Source: Tubiluchus corallicola
Lineage: Eukaryota > Animalia > Priapulida
Assembly (NCBI GenBank): GCA_030141605.1
Contig: JAQGDQ010000659.1
Coordinates: 53,421 to 117,420, forward strand
Length of the DNA stretch: 64,000 nt
Reading direction: 5' to 3'
A program made the position numbers and the translations under genes. Shown here piece by piece: positions 38,702-52,097 of the stretch. The notes beneath the pieces are model-generated. The model did no database searches and was not told the origin of the DNA. It was given only the letters and a program-made list of their open reading frames with translations. How positions within the stretch are numbered: the first letter of the stretch is position 1; the number at the start of each line of letters is the position of its first letter.

Positions 38702-38886
38702 CTGGTCTTGGTGATCTTCCTGTCCCTGTACTCGTTCATGATGAAATCCGTGGCTTGTCCAGATGGATCTATGATCAACGGGTAGCGATTAAACCGCTTC
38801 AACATGATTGCGTTCTCCGTACAAAGATCATCCGTAGGAAGTGCATTAGCTTGCCAGCGTAGACGCTCGTCCGCGTTTGACAAGTA
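38702..38886 (-). CDS. DYNC1H1: Dynein HC exon (AAA5)
   Basis: [61 protein letters not shown]; 185 nt. Confidence 0.96.
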
Positions 38887-38944
38887 CTGAAATACATCGG
38901 CTAGATTATGATTAGAGCTTTAAAAAATTGTTACACTTGTTAAT

Positions 38945-41157
38945 CTGTGCCTTCCTATGACTATGTCCAACTATGAGCCCTCCTATGACTATGTCCAACT
39001 ATGAGCCCTCCTATGACTATGTCCAACTATGTGCCTTCCTATGACTATGTCCAACTGTGTGCCTTCCTATGACTATGTCCAACTATGTGCCTTCCTATGA
39101 CTATGTCCAACTATGAGCCCTCCTATGACTATGTCCAACTATGAGCCCTCCTATGACTATGTCCAACTCTGGGCCCTCATATGACTATGTCCAACTATGT
39201 GCCTTCCTATGACTATGTCCAACTGTGTGCCTTCCTATGACTATGTCCAACTATGTGCCTTCCTATGACTATGTCCAACTATAGGCCCTCTATGACTATG
39301 TCCAACTATAGGCCCTCATATGACTATGTCCAACTATGTGCCTTCCTATGACTATGTCCAACTATGTGCCTTCCTATGACTATGTCCAACTCTGGACCTT
39401 CCTATGACTATGTCCAACTATAGGCCCTCTATGACTATGTCCAACTATGAGCCCTCATATGACTATGTCCAACTATGTGCCTTCCTATGACTATGTCCAA
39501 CTATGTGCCTTCCTATGACTATGTCCAACTATGAGCCCTCCTATGACTATGTCCAACTATGTGCCCTCCTATGACTATGTCCAACTATGTGCCCTCCTAT
39601 GACTATGTCCAACAATGTGCCCTCCTATGACTATGTCCAACTATGTGCCTTCCTATGACTATGTCCAACTGTGTGCCTTCCTATGACTATGTCCAACTAT
39701 GTGCCTTCCTATGACTATGTCCAACTATGTGCCTTCCTATGACTATGTCCAACTATGAGCCCTCCTATGACTATGTCCAACTCTGGGCCCTCATATGACT
39801 ATGTCCAACTATGTGCCTTCCTATGACTATGTCCAACTGTGTGCCTTCCTATGACTATGTCCAACTATGTGCCTTCCTATGACTATGTCCAACTATAGGC
39901 CCTCTATGACTATGTCCAACTATGAGCCCTCCTATGACTATGTCCAACTCTGGGCCCTCATATGACTATGTCCAACTGTGTGCCTTCCTATGACTATGTC
40001 CAACTATGTGCCTTCCTATGACTATGTCCAACTATAGGCCCTCTATGACTATGTCCAACTATAGGCCCTCATATGACTATGTCCAACTATGAGCCCTCCT
40101 ATGACTATGTCCAACTCTGGGCCCTCATATGACTATGTCCAACTATGTGCCTTCCTATGACTATGTCCAACTGTGTGCCTTCCTATGACTATGTCCAACT
40201 ATGAGCCCTCCTATGACTATGTCCAACTCTGGGCCCTCATATGACTATGTCCAACTATGTGCCTTCCTATGACTATGTCCAACTGTGTGCCTTCCTATGA
40301 CTATGTCCAACTATGTGCCTTCCTATGACTATGTCCAACTATAGGCCCTCTATGACTATGTCCAACTATAGGCCCTCATATGACTATGTCCAACTATGTG
40401 CCTTCCTATGACTATGTCCAACTATGTGCCTTCCTATGACTATGTCCAACTCTGGACCTTCCTATGACTATGTCCAACTATAGGCCCTCTATGACTATGT
40501 CCAACTATGAGCCCTCATATGACTATGTCCAACTATGTGCCTTCCTATGACTATGTCCAACTATGTGCCTTCCTATGACTATGTCCAACTATGAGCCCTC
40601 CTATGACTATGTCCAACAATGTGCCCTCCTATGACTATGTCCAACTATGTGCCTTCCTATGACTATGTCCAACTATGTGCCCTCCTATGACTATGTCCAA
40701 CAATGTGCCCTCCTATGACTATGTCCAACTATGTGCCTTCCTATGACTATGTCCAACTATGTGCCCTCCTATGACTATGTCCAACAATGTGCCCTCCTAT
40801 GACTATGTCCAACTATGTGCCTTCCTATGACTATGTCCAACTATGAGCCCTCCTATGACTATGTCCAACTATGTGCCCTCCTATGACTATGTCCAACAAT
40901 GTGCCTTCCTATGACTATGTCCAACTATGAGCCTGACTATGTCCAACTATGTGCCTTCCTATGACTATGTCTAACTGTGTGCCTTCCTGTGACTATGTCC
41001 AACTATGTGCCTTCCTATGACTATGTCCAACAATGTGCCTTCCTATGACTATGTCCAACAATGTGCCTTCCTATGACCATGTCCAACCATGAGCCCTCCC
41101 GTGACTATGTCCAACTATGAGCCCTCCTGTGACTATGTCCAATTATGTGTCCTCCTA
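38945..41157. repeat. 28-bp minisatellite, about 79 copies, filling an intron
   Basis: Unit gccttcctatgactatgtccaactatgt. Confidence 0.98.
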
Positions 41158-41191
41158 CAGCAAAAATTCATGCAAAACTGTTCAGACTTAC

Positions 41192-41431
41192 CTCGACCAG
41201 AGCTATGTCACTGCGGTACTTGATATGAGCCTGCTGTAGATGATTCGACCAGCTATGAAACAGACTATGCCTGTAATGTTGATCAAAGTAGCCGGCATAT
41301 GCCAGGAACGCCGACGATAGCAACACGTCCCCGGCGATTGTAGCCATCTGACTTTTGAACGTCTCGCTACCTGCTTCCCAACGCTCCCTTTCAGACCCCA
41401 AACTGGTCAACAACGCGATGCTGCGATCCAC
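41192..41431 (-). CDS. DYNC1H1: Dynein HC exon
   Basis: [19 protein letters not shown]...[18 protein letters not shown]...DIALVE; |GTAAGT; 240 nt. Confidence 0.96.
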
Positions 41432-41675
41432 CTAGACGGAAATAGTCAAAATTAAGATAATTACTGTCGAAAAAAAAACATTCGTAGATACTAAAAGATG
41501 CTATAAAAGAAATATGAAACTGAGTAGTATTCTTGCTTTGACAGAATTCACGGGTTAAAACAGAAAATGTTCAAAAGTTCCCTTAGTCAAGAAGAATCTT
41601 AAATGCTGCAATGTTCCTTGTGCCTGATTTGTATAATTCTCCGGTCATATCTATAATGTAATATCGTAATGAGAC

Positions 41676-42347
41676 ATCATCATCATCATCGTCATCGCCA
41701 TCATCATCATCACCACTGTTATTATTATTATTATTATTATTATTATCATTATCGTCATCGTCGTCGTCCTCATCATCATCATCATCATCATCATTATTAG
41801 TGATTATTATTGATATAGTTATTATTGATATTACTATTACTATAGGTTTTACACGTCAAATGTAGACACAGGAAAGTTCAAATGTGACTTAGGTAAACAA
41901 GCTTAAACTTTACCACCTATCCACATTTGAGATACCTATGTCACATTTGACTTGCCAAAAGCACTTTAGATTGTTGAAAACCATTGTTAACACATTTGAA
42001 TTACCTAAAACTACATTTGACATGTAAAACCTATATTACTATCATCACTACTATTAATATGATCATCATCATCACCATCACCAACACTGTCATCATCACC
42101 ATCATCATCACCATCTTCATCAGCATCACTATCACAATCACCACCAATATCACATCATCATCATCAACATCATCATTACTATGATTATTATTATTATTAT
42201 AAATACTACTACTGACATTACTGTTACTTTACTCTTACTATTATTATTACTATCACTATCACTGCCACTACCACTGCCACTGCCACTACCACTACCACTA
42301 CCACTACCACTACCACTACCACTACCACTACCACTACTATTATTATT
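41676..42347. repeat. Low-complexity (ATC)n/(ATT)n/(CTACCA)n tracts
   Basis: Read directly from the sequence. Confidence 0.9.
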
Positions 42348-42842
42348 GTGTAATGTAGTTGAACCTTGTGTTCGTAACCTTAACAGATTCGGCAGGTTCG
42401 TTGCGTTTCAACGACGCTGAACATTGATACTTTTCTCTCTCTTAACGACGCACGTTTCATTTCACTATTTTACGATTTTTTACTTTGCTCAAAGCCAGTT
42501 TCTATTTGATCACTAACTTTTTTTACTTAATTTGGAGCATTAAAACAGTTCATATTCTAACATTTTGTTCTAAAAACGCACAAGTGATTAAAACAGTACA
42601 ATTATTATCCATGCTTTTACTTCCCGACTGAATATAAACTCTAGCTACCATGCTAGATCTCTTTGTAATTTCTACGCCTCCGATTTACCGTATAGGCACC
42701 CGGGTACAAACTCTGTGGGAAGGAATTTACCTACAACCTGTTACTATAGCAACCAGAGTACATAGTTGAAACTGTTTCAAGGTCGCCCAAGGGCTCGGCT
42801 TTGACTATGCGGTGTTTATCGCTGCCTAGGCTTCATCGTTAA

Positions 42843-43511
42843 AGGACAAGAAAAGGGGCACCTGAAGTTGGTCTCAGAAAAATCTCGTTAAAAAGTTATA
42901 TTACTTTATAGTAATTTTATGCGTATATCGTACTTGCATTAAAAGAAGTTTTTGTTTGTTTTCCTTTTAAATCTCCCGCAATACTGTTCCGAAGTCGCCA
43001 TTACATGACATCATGTACCAAACGTAAATCAAGGGAAGAAAAGGAAATGTTAAATTATATCTCAAAAGACTTTACATGCAAATCTATATTACTTAGATTT
43101 TCGCTAACCTGATGGAAACATTTCTGTAACTAGAAATTTTTTTTTTAATTACTTAAAATGTTTTCACCAATGCCGCTTAATCACCCTCCAGGGTGCACCA
43201 CTCACTAACCAAAAACGTATTTTTAAACTCATTGACAAGATACAGTAATTTAAAATTTTACTCAGTGATATGTGCGCTACGAATGCTCTGATTATTTTTA
43301 CAAATTTCACACAATGTTATCTAAACTGGTTTCAAATGACCTGTCGTTAAAATGGCTGCGTCTAACAGTCATCGCGGGAGTTTAAATTTACATGTTTCAT
43401 ACAGCGTGACTGCCGATTGAAGTCCTGCACGCAAAAAGGCAGTATGTAAGTGATATGAAATTTCAAGACGAGTTTCTTAACTTTTATGTTGATGAAGGGT
43501 TTTCTTGTGCT
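42843..43511. mobile_element. Kolobok-like MITE (family E); fragments at about 17150-17596 and 57300-57560
   Basis: TTAA-AGGACAAGAAAA ... TTTTCTTGTGCT-TTAA; the empty TTAA site is visible in the sister host element near 52826. Confidence 0.82.
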
Positions 43512-44204
43512 TTAACAAAAGAGAAACCACCAGGTATTGGTAAGTAAGATATACAGGTGATTTCCAGCACGCAGAAAGAAATTAATCAGTAGAAATGTAA
43601 GTAGAACTCATAATGTTTTAATTTATGTGATTTTAGTAGTATTGATTTATGCCTCTGGAACGTATCTCAGTTCTCTTACATCACTTTCTAGGAAGTCTTG
43701 GCTTCGCTTAGCGACGTTTAGCTTAATGTCACGTTTTACTAGAATGCATTGGGGTCGTTAAGCGAGGACTTACTGTAGTACTTCATAATACTAAAGCATA
43801 ATGTGAATATTTTTAATAAGCCTTTTCACATTTTCACTGTGCACACGCGCAACTGTTGTAGGTCAAAGGTTAAGTGCATAACAGCAACATGTCTTAACTA
43901 CAACTGTAATGAGACATATGGGCAAAGCAAAGCCATCTGGCACATCAGTTCAGCATCTTCAGTTGTTTTATGCAGACTTTACTTAACTATGCATTCGACA
44001 GTGTGTAGAGTGATTTACTAGCAGCATCTTGCTTGGGAACAAGAAAAATGAACTAGGTAAGGTTCTAGCTAGCTGCTAAACCTGTTACTACGACAACAGC
44101 TTGGGCTGCGAAGCATCGTCAAGTGTACACAAATTTGTTATCTGGTTCACCTAACCTTTGACGTTCTCATGATCATCATCAATCGCTTATTCAATATTAC
44201 TTGC

Positions 44205-44420
44205 CTTTGCTTGTACAGAATTTAGATCAGCTTTTATAGCTTGCGCTTGACTGATCAGCACAGCGTATTCCTCCTTGTACGATGCAATGCTCTTCTCTAG
44301 GTTAGCTATCAGATTGTTCACCTCCGCGGCTTTCATACGATTCTCCTCCGCTTGAGATTCCAGACTCTTCAGTTCGTTACGGAGCGGGTCGATGCGACGC
44401 AGCATGTCCGCGTATCCAAT
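44205..44420 (-). CDS. DYNC1H1: Dynein HC exon (stalk CC2), AAG acceptor and GC donor
   Basis: [21 protein letters not shown]...[14 protein letters not shown]; tgcaag| acceptor, AAG|GCAAGT donor; 216 nt. Confidence 0.93.
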
Positions 44421-44602
44421 CTTGCAAAGAAAAACATTAGCAAAGGTTAAAAGAATACAAGTTATCAATCGATTATTGTTCTTGTTGTTTATTTGTGCAA
44501 CTAACTCAATGAGTTTATTTTATTACAATAATTTGAAATAAATCGAATATATTAACTGTTACACTACAATAAATTTGTTGTATACATATATAAAACACTC
44601 AC

Positions 44603-44720
44603 CTGTGCAATAGCCCACTTGACCATCGGTCCGCACGCTAGACTGGCTCTGTTCACTTTCTCGTATGTGTAGTCTGGATTAGAGATGTACTTGTTATTCA
44701 TTTTGTTACGAATATCATCT
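44603..44720 (-). CDS. DYNC1H1: Dynein HC exon (MTBD)
   Basis: [39 protein letters not shown]; tttacag| ... |GTGAGT; 118 nt. Confidence 0.95.
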
Positions 44721-45715
44721 CTGTAAATATACATTATCAGTGTTTCAGTTATATTCATTTCGTTGCGAATATCGTCTCTGTGAACACATTATCTGTGTTT
44801 CAGTTATATTCATTTTAATGCAAATATCGTCTCTGTGAACACATTATCAGTGTTTCAGTTATATTCATTTTAATGCAAATATCGTCTCTGTAAACACATT
44901 ATCAGTGTTTCAGTTATATTCATTTTAATGCAAATATCATCAGTGTTTCAGTTATATTCATTTTAATGCAAATATCGTCTCTGTGAACACATTATCAGTG
45001 TTTAGCTTATATTCAATTTGTTGCGAATATCGTCTCTGTGAACACATTATCAGTGTTTCAGTTATATTCATTTCGTTGCGAATATCGTCTCTGTGAACAC
45101 ATTATCAGTGTTTAGCTTATATTCAATTTGTTGCGAATATCGTCTCTGTGAAAACATCAGTGTTTCAGTTATATTCAATTTGTTGCGAATATCGTCTCTG
45201 TGAACACATTATCAGCGTTTCAGTTATATTCATTTCGTTGCGAATATCGTCTCTGTGAACACATTATCAGTGTTTAGCTTATATTCAATTTGTTGCGAAT
45301 ATCGTCTCTGTGAAAACATTATCTGTGTTTCAGTTATATTTATTTCTTTGCGAATATCATCTCTGTAAACACAATATCAGTGTTTAGCTTATATTTAATT
45401 TGTTGCGAATATTGTCTCTGTGAACACATTATCAGCGTTTCAGTTATATTCATTTCGTTGCGAATATCGTCTCTGTGAACACATTATCAGTGTTTAGCTT
45501 ATATTCAATTTGTTGCGAATATCGTCTCTGTGAAAACATTATCTGTGTTTCAGTTATATTTATTTCTTTGCGAATATCATCTCTGTAAACACAATATCAG
45601 TGTTTAGCTTATATTCAATTTGTTGCGAATATTGTCTCTGTGAACACATTATCAGTGTTTCAGTTATATTCATTTCGTTGTGAGTATCATCTCTGTAAAC
45701 ATATTATCTGTGTTT
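44696..45715. repeat. 55-bp minisatellite containing acceptor and exon 5' end, about 18 copies
   Basis: Unit atatcgtctctgtgaacacattatcagtgtttcagttatattcatttcgttgcga. Confidence 0.96.
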
Positions 45716-45982
45716 CTCTGATAAAAACTAATGCTGTCTATCTTACAAACTTAAAAAGAAGGAACAAGTCATTCAGTACGTTGGGTTCATTTTACTGTTA
45801 TCATCTAAATTTAGAAAAATATATCAAAGAAATTTGCAAAAGAAATTTTTAGATAAGGCATGAAGTTAACTGATACTATCGCTGTATGGAAATGTTAAGG
45901 TGCGGTGGTTGCCGCCATTCACTTGAAAATTATGACGTAACTGGGAGATTTCCCGATTTTTCGTCAGCGCGTCGTGACTTAA

Positions 45983-46336
45983 CCCTTTCATACCCGTTGT
46001 ATCCCGTGGGATACGAGAATATTTTCTGCCTTTAAAATTAATAAAATTTTAAAACTGACAGTTATTTGATCTGTTAATAGTTATTTTGATTTAAGCCAAT
46101 AACAATGGACTAAAAACGGTGATAAAATGGCAAACTAGAAAATCTACATAGCATAAAAAACTGCGCAAGGTACAGTATCTTAGAGACGACTTTGTACAGA
46201 TCAGCATTGCATGAATACTAAATGTCTTAAATACTTTAAAAAATTATCAGCAGTGCAAAATAAAGCACATTTTTTGCTTTTGTTGTGTTTTTAAAAAAGT
46301 TTTTCTTATTAAAAAAATAATTTGGGACTGAAAGGG
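45983..46336. mobile_element. piggyBac-like MITE (family H), internally deleted
   Basis: TTAA-CCCTTTCATACCC ... GGGACTGAAAGGG-TTAA. Confidence 0.9.
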
Positions 46337-46681
46337 TTAAACGAATTCACACTTTTGCAGCTTACCGAATGTTCATGTAAAATAGCACAAAATTAGCTAT
46401 CTACTCTTTCATAGAAACTTATTATGCTTTTGAGCAAAACTGACAGCGCACTGCTTATCTTTAGCCGATGGACGGGGGTCATTGGTGGAAAAAATTGGCG
46501 ATCAAAACGGGAAGCGCACCAGCGAGAAATGATCGCGACTTTAAAGTGATTTTACTAGTTATCACTTATCACACATTCATTACTAAATCCTTCTAAAATA
46601 AGCCTAACTTTCCAGAATGCTTGACCTTTCCTTTACACAGTAGAACGGTAACGACAACGGCAGCGTTAGACTCGTACTCAC

Positions 46682-46877
46682 GTGATGTCGTCAGTCTCAA
46701 AATTGACGATGGTGCTGATGAAGTTGTCCCGGATGATGACGGTGCGGATTGCCTTCCAGTCGGTGGCGTTTTCACCCAGAAGTAGACAAATCGACTCCAG
46801 CGCAAGTTTGACGGCTACGGGCGGATTGCCCATGGATCTCACTTCCACCAAATGCTGCTTCTTAATGGACTTGACAG
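46682..46877 (-). CDS. DYNC1H1: Dynein HC exon (microtubule-binding domain)
   Basis: [64 protein letters not shown]; |GTGAGT; 196 nt. Confidence 0.96.
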
Positions 46878-46911
46878 CTAGATTAACAGAATCACCGCAT
46901 CTCTAAGTTAA

Positions 46912-47470
46912 AGGAAGACAGGATGATTTTTCACATACTAGCACATTTTCAAGAACGATAAAAACTATACATTTTAACACAATTAATACTATAAAGGCGT
47001 TTCTGATAACTAAGTAATAGATTAAAATCTTAATTAAAGGTGTGCGAACCCAACTGTTGATGATGTCACAAACTAACATAATTTTCAACAGCAAAAATAT
47101 TCCACGGCCGTGTTGCACATGTTTACGAAAGCGAAAATTGAAGTACAGTGCTACTGTAAGATATTCAGTGTGATGCACTAAAACTAGGCAAGTTTTAAGA
47201 TAAAAATTGAAATTTCAAATTTACCGCAGTGCTCGTGCATGAGATGTGGAACGTGTGTAGTTCATCACAAACTAGCACCTCTGAATTGAGAGGTGAAGCA
47301 CCTGTTTTTTGTGCAGTGCATTTGCGAAATGCAGACGCTGGTGCCAGTCTAATTAGGCAAAATGTACGTAACAGCGAAGAACTAGTTGCACGACGACGAA
47401 TGAGAAATTGCGTAAGAATAGTAACAACTCTTTCACATAAGTCATTCTTTAAAAAAACAGTTTCCTTTCA
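46912..47470. mobile_element. Kolobok-like MITE (family F); second copy about 34316-34870
   Basis: TTAA-AGGAAGACAGGATGATTTTT start; about 550 bp of similarity between the two copies. Confidence 0.7.
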
Positions 47471-48250
47471 ATATTTTAAAAATAGTTTGGCATTGGCACC
47501 AGTTTTGCTTTAATACATCCAGATGATACTGCTAAAACAAGGATGCAATTTCAAACTCACTAATGCAAGGAAAATATTTAAAATGGTTGTGATAAAAGTA
47601 TTTGATATGATTATGAGATCGATGGTAACAAACGTTGTGTTCTTCCATAATGGTCAATGTTGCTGACTGGCCGACATTTTTTAAGAAATACGAACGCACG
47701 AAAACTAGAAAACATTGAAATTCTAACTGATATTCATTGAATTTCATTGAAATTCTATTTACTGTACTGCATTTTTGAACATGTACCCTTGTGAAAATCT
47801 TGAGTGATTTTTTCTACGTAGACATAGACATAGACATTTTATTTTTCTCCAATTTGTGTCACAAATTTCCATTTTACGAAAAAAATAACTTTGTCTGTGG
47901 CGATGGGGCGAGGAAAGACCGTAGGTCACCTACTCACTCACCCCTTATACGTATTTCTTTTCTTTCAACTTTTTCATGTTTTTAATCTGTGAGTAGGAGA
48001 TTATTATACTTTTCACATAAATAATGTTATTTTTTTAATATTAATGAATAATAATCCTGTACTTGGAAAACAAAAACCCCTAGTGCCATTCCTGGGAATT
48101 GAACTCGTGGCTTCAGCCTGTTGGTTCGTTTACACGAATGTCACATATCTTATTGCATTCCACACACGAAACACATTAGAAATTATCACTAACATTATTT
48201 CTTAAATGTGCCATCATTAAATTTTTCGTATCTAAAGCACAGAAACCGAC

Positions 48251-48404
48251 CTTGCTGAGCATCTCTGACAGCCGGTTCAACCTTGGCGAGGTCCTCCATG
48301 ACGTATTTCTTCTTCTCGGTAATGACCTTGGTCTGCTCCTTCAAGGCCGCTTGAATGTCTTGCGACATCGTCTTCTTTTTCTCTGCCTCCTGCTGGTCTT
48401 TCAC
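48251..48404 (-). CDS. DYNC1H1: Dynein HC exon (stalk CC1)
   Basis: [18 protein letters not shown]...[14 protein letters not shown]; |GTCGGT; 154 nt. Confidence 0.95.
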
Positions 48405-48469
48405 CTGTAAACATGTGACACGAGTTGAAACGACTAAAAGAAAAACTAAATTAGAAATTAACGAAAAGT

Positions 48470-48887
48470 CAAAGATGGCACTGTTAGCTATGTTGGAACA
48501 TGTCAATAGATGGCACTGTTAGCTATGTTGGTTTAACATGTCAATAGATGGCACTGTTTAGCTATGTTGGTTTAACATGTCAATAGATGGCACTGCTTAG
48601 CTATGTTGGTTTAACATGTCAATAGATGGCACTGTTTAGCTATGTTGGTTTAACATGTCAATAGATGGCACTGTTTAGCTATGTTGGTTTAACATGTCAA
48701 TAGATGGCACTGTTTAGCTATGTTGGTTTAACATGTCAATAGATGGCACTGTTTAGCTATGTTGGTTTAACATGTCAATAGATGGCACTGTTTAGCTATG
48801 TTGGTTTAACATGTCAATAGATGGCACTGTTTAGCTATGTTGGTTTAACATGTCAATAGATGGCACTGTTTAGCTATGTTGGTTTAA
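48470..48887. repeat. 39-bp minisatellite, about 11 copies
   Basis: Unit gtcaatagatggcactgtttagctatgttggtttaacat. Confidence 0.97.
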
Positions 48888-49896
48888 CTACTTCACTACC
48901 AGTATGACGTGAAGATACCATTTTTACTGACCCGCACAATGACGCTGTACCGTCGTGTTTAATGCGCAAATTAACTGACATGTATATCAGTAGCTATAAC
49001 ACTTGCACATGGCAGGCACGCCTCATGAGCCAGGTTACTTGAAATAAACATTGGTGTCGGCCTTCTGTTTGCCAAAAAGTTAACATGTAGGCCACAAAAT
49101 GCTTACAATCAAAAATATGGGCAAACCTTGCAGAAAAGATTGCTGTTATTGCTAATATGTTAAATTAACTTACACGTATACCAGTAATTATAATACCTGT
49201 GCATGCCAGGCACACTTCATGAACCAGGATACTTAAAATGAATAGTGGTGTTGTCCACTGTTTGCCAAAAAGTTAACATGTAGGCCACAAAATGCTTACA
49301 ATCAAAAATATGGGCAAACCTTGCAGAAAAGATTGCTGTTATTGCTAATATGTTAAATTAACTTACACGTATATCAGTAATTATAATACCTGTGCATGCC
49401 AGGCACACTTCATGAACCAGGATACTTAAAATGAATAGTGGTGTTGTCCTCTGTTTGCCAAAAAGTTAACATGTAGGCCACAAAATGCTTACAATCAAAA
49501 ATATGGGCAAACCTTGCAGAAAAGATTGCTGTTATTGCCGAATGTGCGCTGTAGTTTATTGCGCTGTGACTTTCGATTCTACCCTTCATTTTGCAAGATT
49601 CTTTGAAGCATTGCTCACATAACAAAGTAACTTTTAAAGTGTCATGATAAAGGTGGCGTTGGTACTCATTATGATGGTGGTCGACACCAAGAGGGACAGC
49701 CGAAGTGGAAATTATAGCGGGCGTCAACAACTAAGGTAGTGGCTACGATAGTTGTGATAGTAAAACTGATGGTGATAGGGCAATAGCTGCAGTAATCTGT
49801 AGTCTGTAGTAGTTTCTATAGTAACAGTAACTTATCTATTTTGTAAAAATATTCCCTTACGTCAGCTACACTATAAATTGTGAGGTAGTGAAAAGG
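48888..49896. mobile_element. piggyBac-like element with an internal 193-bp tandem repeat (about 2.7 copies)
   Basis: TTAA-CTACTTCACTACC ... GGTAGTGAAAAGG-TTAA; caggcacacttcatgaacc at 49207 and 49400. Confidence 0.6.
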
Positions 49897-50354
49897 TTAA
49901 ATGTTATATATCCTATGCTACGCTATATTATGCAAAATACCAGCCACTAGTAGTCATAATCACTCTTATTACAGATGTAAAGCCTTCGGCTACTTCACCA
50001 AAATGCCAACAGATGGCAGCAGTTGTATTGTAAATGTATATTTAAGACATCTCATTCCAAACTCGTGAGGCAATCTGTTGACAACGCAAGTGCTAATGGC
50101 TACTATGCATTTAAATTATTTTGTTGGTATACATGAAAGATATGTCCTCAAAACAACATTCACAACATAGAACAATGCATACTACGACAAAGATTTCTGC
50201 TATTGCTTTCACAGAGTTACAATTTCTTTCAGTTTTGCATTCGCCACCGTGTATTTTGTTAGTAAACTTGAAAGATACGTCCTCAAAACAACATTCGCAC
50301 AACAGAACAATGCATACTAGATAAAGATTTCTGCTATTGCTTTTAGAGACTTAC

Positions 50355-50534
50355 CATTTGTTTCAGCTTTGCGTTCGCCATCGCATTCTTTGCCTCCAAG
50401 TCCTGCGATTTCAAGGCCAGCGATTTCTGCAGTTCCTCCACCTGGTCAACGGTCTCCCGGATCTTCTGCAGACCAACGGTCAGGTGAAGCTGCTGGTCTT
50501 CCAAATCAGTCCGTTTCTCGTTAAATAATTTCAC
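50355..50534 (-). CDS. DYNC1H1: Dynein HC exon (stalk CC1)
   Basis: [35 protein letters not shown]...KLKQM; |GTAAGT; 180 nt. Confidence 0.96.
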
Positions 50535-50616
50535 CTGCGAAAACACGTAATTCAAACTTTCACACTGAAATTGTGCTAAGAATAGTGCAAGTGAATGGCT
50601 CAAAGGCCACTATTAA

Positions 50617-51053
50617 CCCTTTCAGTCCCAAATTTTTTGATTTAGCACTTTTGTTCAGTATGTCCATCTTGCTTACACATAATAATTATTTTTTTCTACC
50701 TGTGCCCGCGTGCTAAATATAGCCCGTATCCCACGGGATACATTGGGATTCAATGGAAGCATGAAATGTGCTTCATTCTGTAACTGTTGATAATTTTTAA
50801 AAGTATTTAAGACATTTAGTATACATGCTATGCTGATCTGTACAAAGTCGTCTCTAAAGTACTGTACCTTGCACAGTTTTTTATGCTACGTAGATTTTCT
50901 AGTTTGCCATTTCATCATCATTTTAAGCTACTGTTAATGGCTTCAATCAAAATAACTATTAACAGATCAAATAACTGTCAGTTTTAAAATTTTATTAATT
51001 TTACAGGCAGAAAATATTCTCGTATCCCACGGGATACAACGGGTATGAAAGGG
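50617..51053. mobile_element. piggyBac-like MITE (family H), inverted
   Basis: TTAA-CCCTTTCAGTCCC ... GGGTATGAAAGGG-TTAA. Confidence 0.9.
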
Positions 51054-51173
51054 TTAAATGAAGTTGATTTGGTTTAGTACACATTGTGAAAAGTAAACAT
51101 TTTAAACATAATTAATACAGCAAAAGTGTTCATAGATTAACTGTGAAAAGGCTTCTTAGCACAAATAGCTTAC

Positions 51174-51365
51174 GTAATGATTGATGAAGTCAAGATAATG
51201 TCGAGGCGTGATCGCCATCGTCCGGTGCCCTCGACGAACGAGTCGCGCGTTCGCCTGGTGGAGAGTGTTGTGAACAAACACGAACGCGTTCACGATTGCT
51301 CCTCGATGACTGGGATTATCCGGAATCTCGTCGTAAGCTTTAGGGAAATAATCCGGAGGAACATA
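51174..51365 (-). CDS. DYNC1H1: Dynein HC exon
   Basis: [42 protein letters not shown]...[16 protein letters not shown]; |GTAAGC; 192 nt. Confidence 0.95.
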
Positions 51366-52097
51366 CTGAAAAAAATAGTCAAACGATTCTATAGTAAGTC
51401 CTCCCTTAACGACCCCCGCTTAATGACGCTTAACAATTGACAACCTTTCTCACTTAACAATGATTTTTTACTTCACTTAACAAGGCTTACCCAAGGCAAA
51501 TATTTATTTTATCAACAACTTTTTTATCTACCCCTTACAGGGTCACGATTTTTTACAACCGATTTTGCTAACAGGGGGGTAAAAAATTACCCCCACCATA
51601 ATTCGTAAATGACTTTTGATAAACCGCCGTGTTTCATTAGTAAACAGCAACAGCATAATTTGTGGTTATACTGACCACCATAGGATACATTACACCTCTG
51701 CTTAAAGACATGTGACTTACTAGCAATACGAAATTTAAATTCACTTAGTTACGTTCCCTTATCTATGCTGGAATAACTGTAGACAACCGACATTGCTAGC
51801 GCGTGTGCAAAAATCATTGTTATTTTGGATTTATTGTCTACTACTTTCTTCTTTTAGGTGGAGTAATTTGAGTAACTGACATTTTGTTTTATCAGATACA
51901 TCGCCCGTATAATGTATAGACAAGCGAAGTAAAGTTTCGACTATTTTAAAAAATCGTCATATTGCATTTTCACTTTTATTTTGTGGTGAGACAATGCGCC
52001 TAAAATAAATAACTGAAAGTATTTTGTGCACAAAACATGATTAGAAAAAGTCATAGAAAAGGTTTACTAGGATGCGTATGATAAAAGGGTAAAATGG

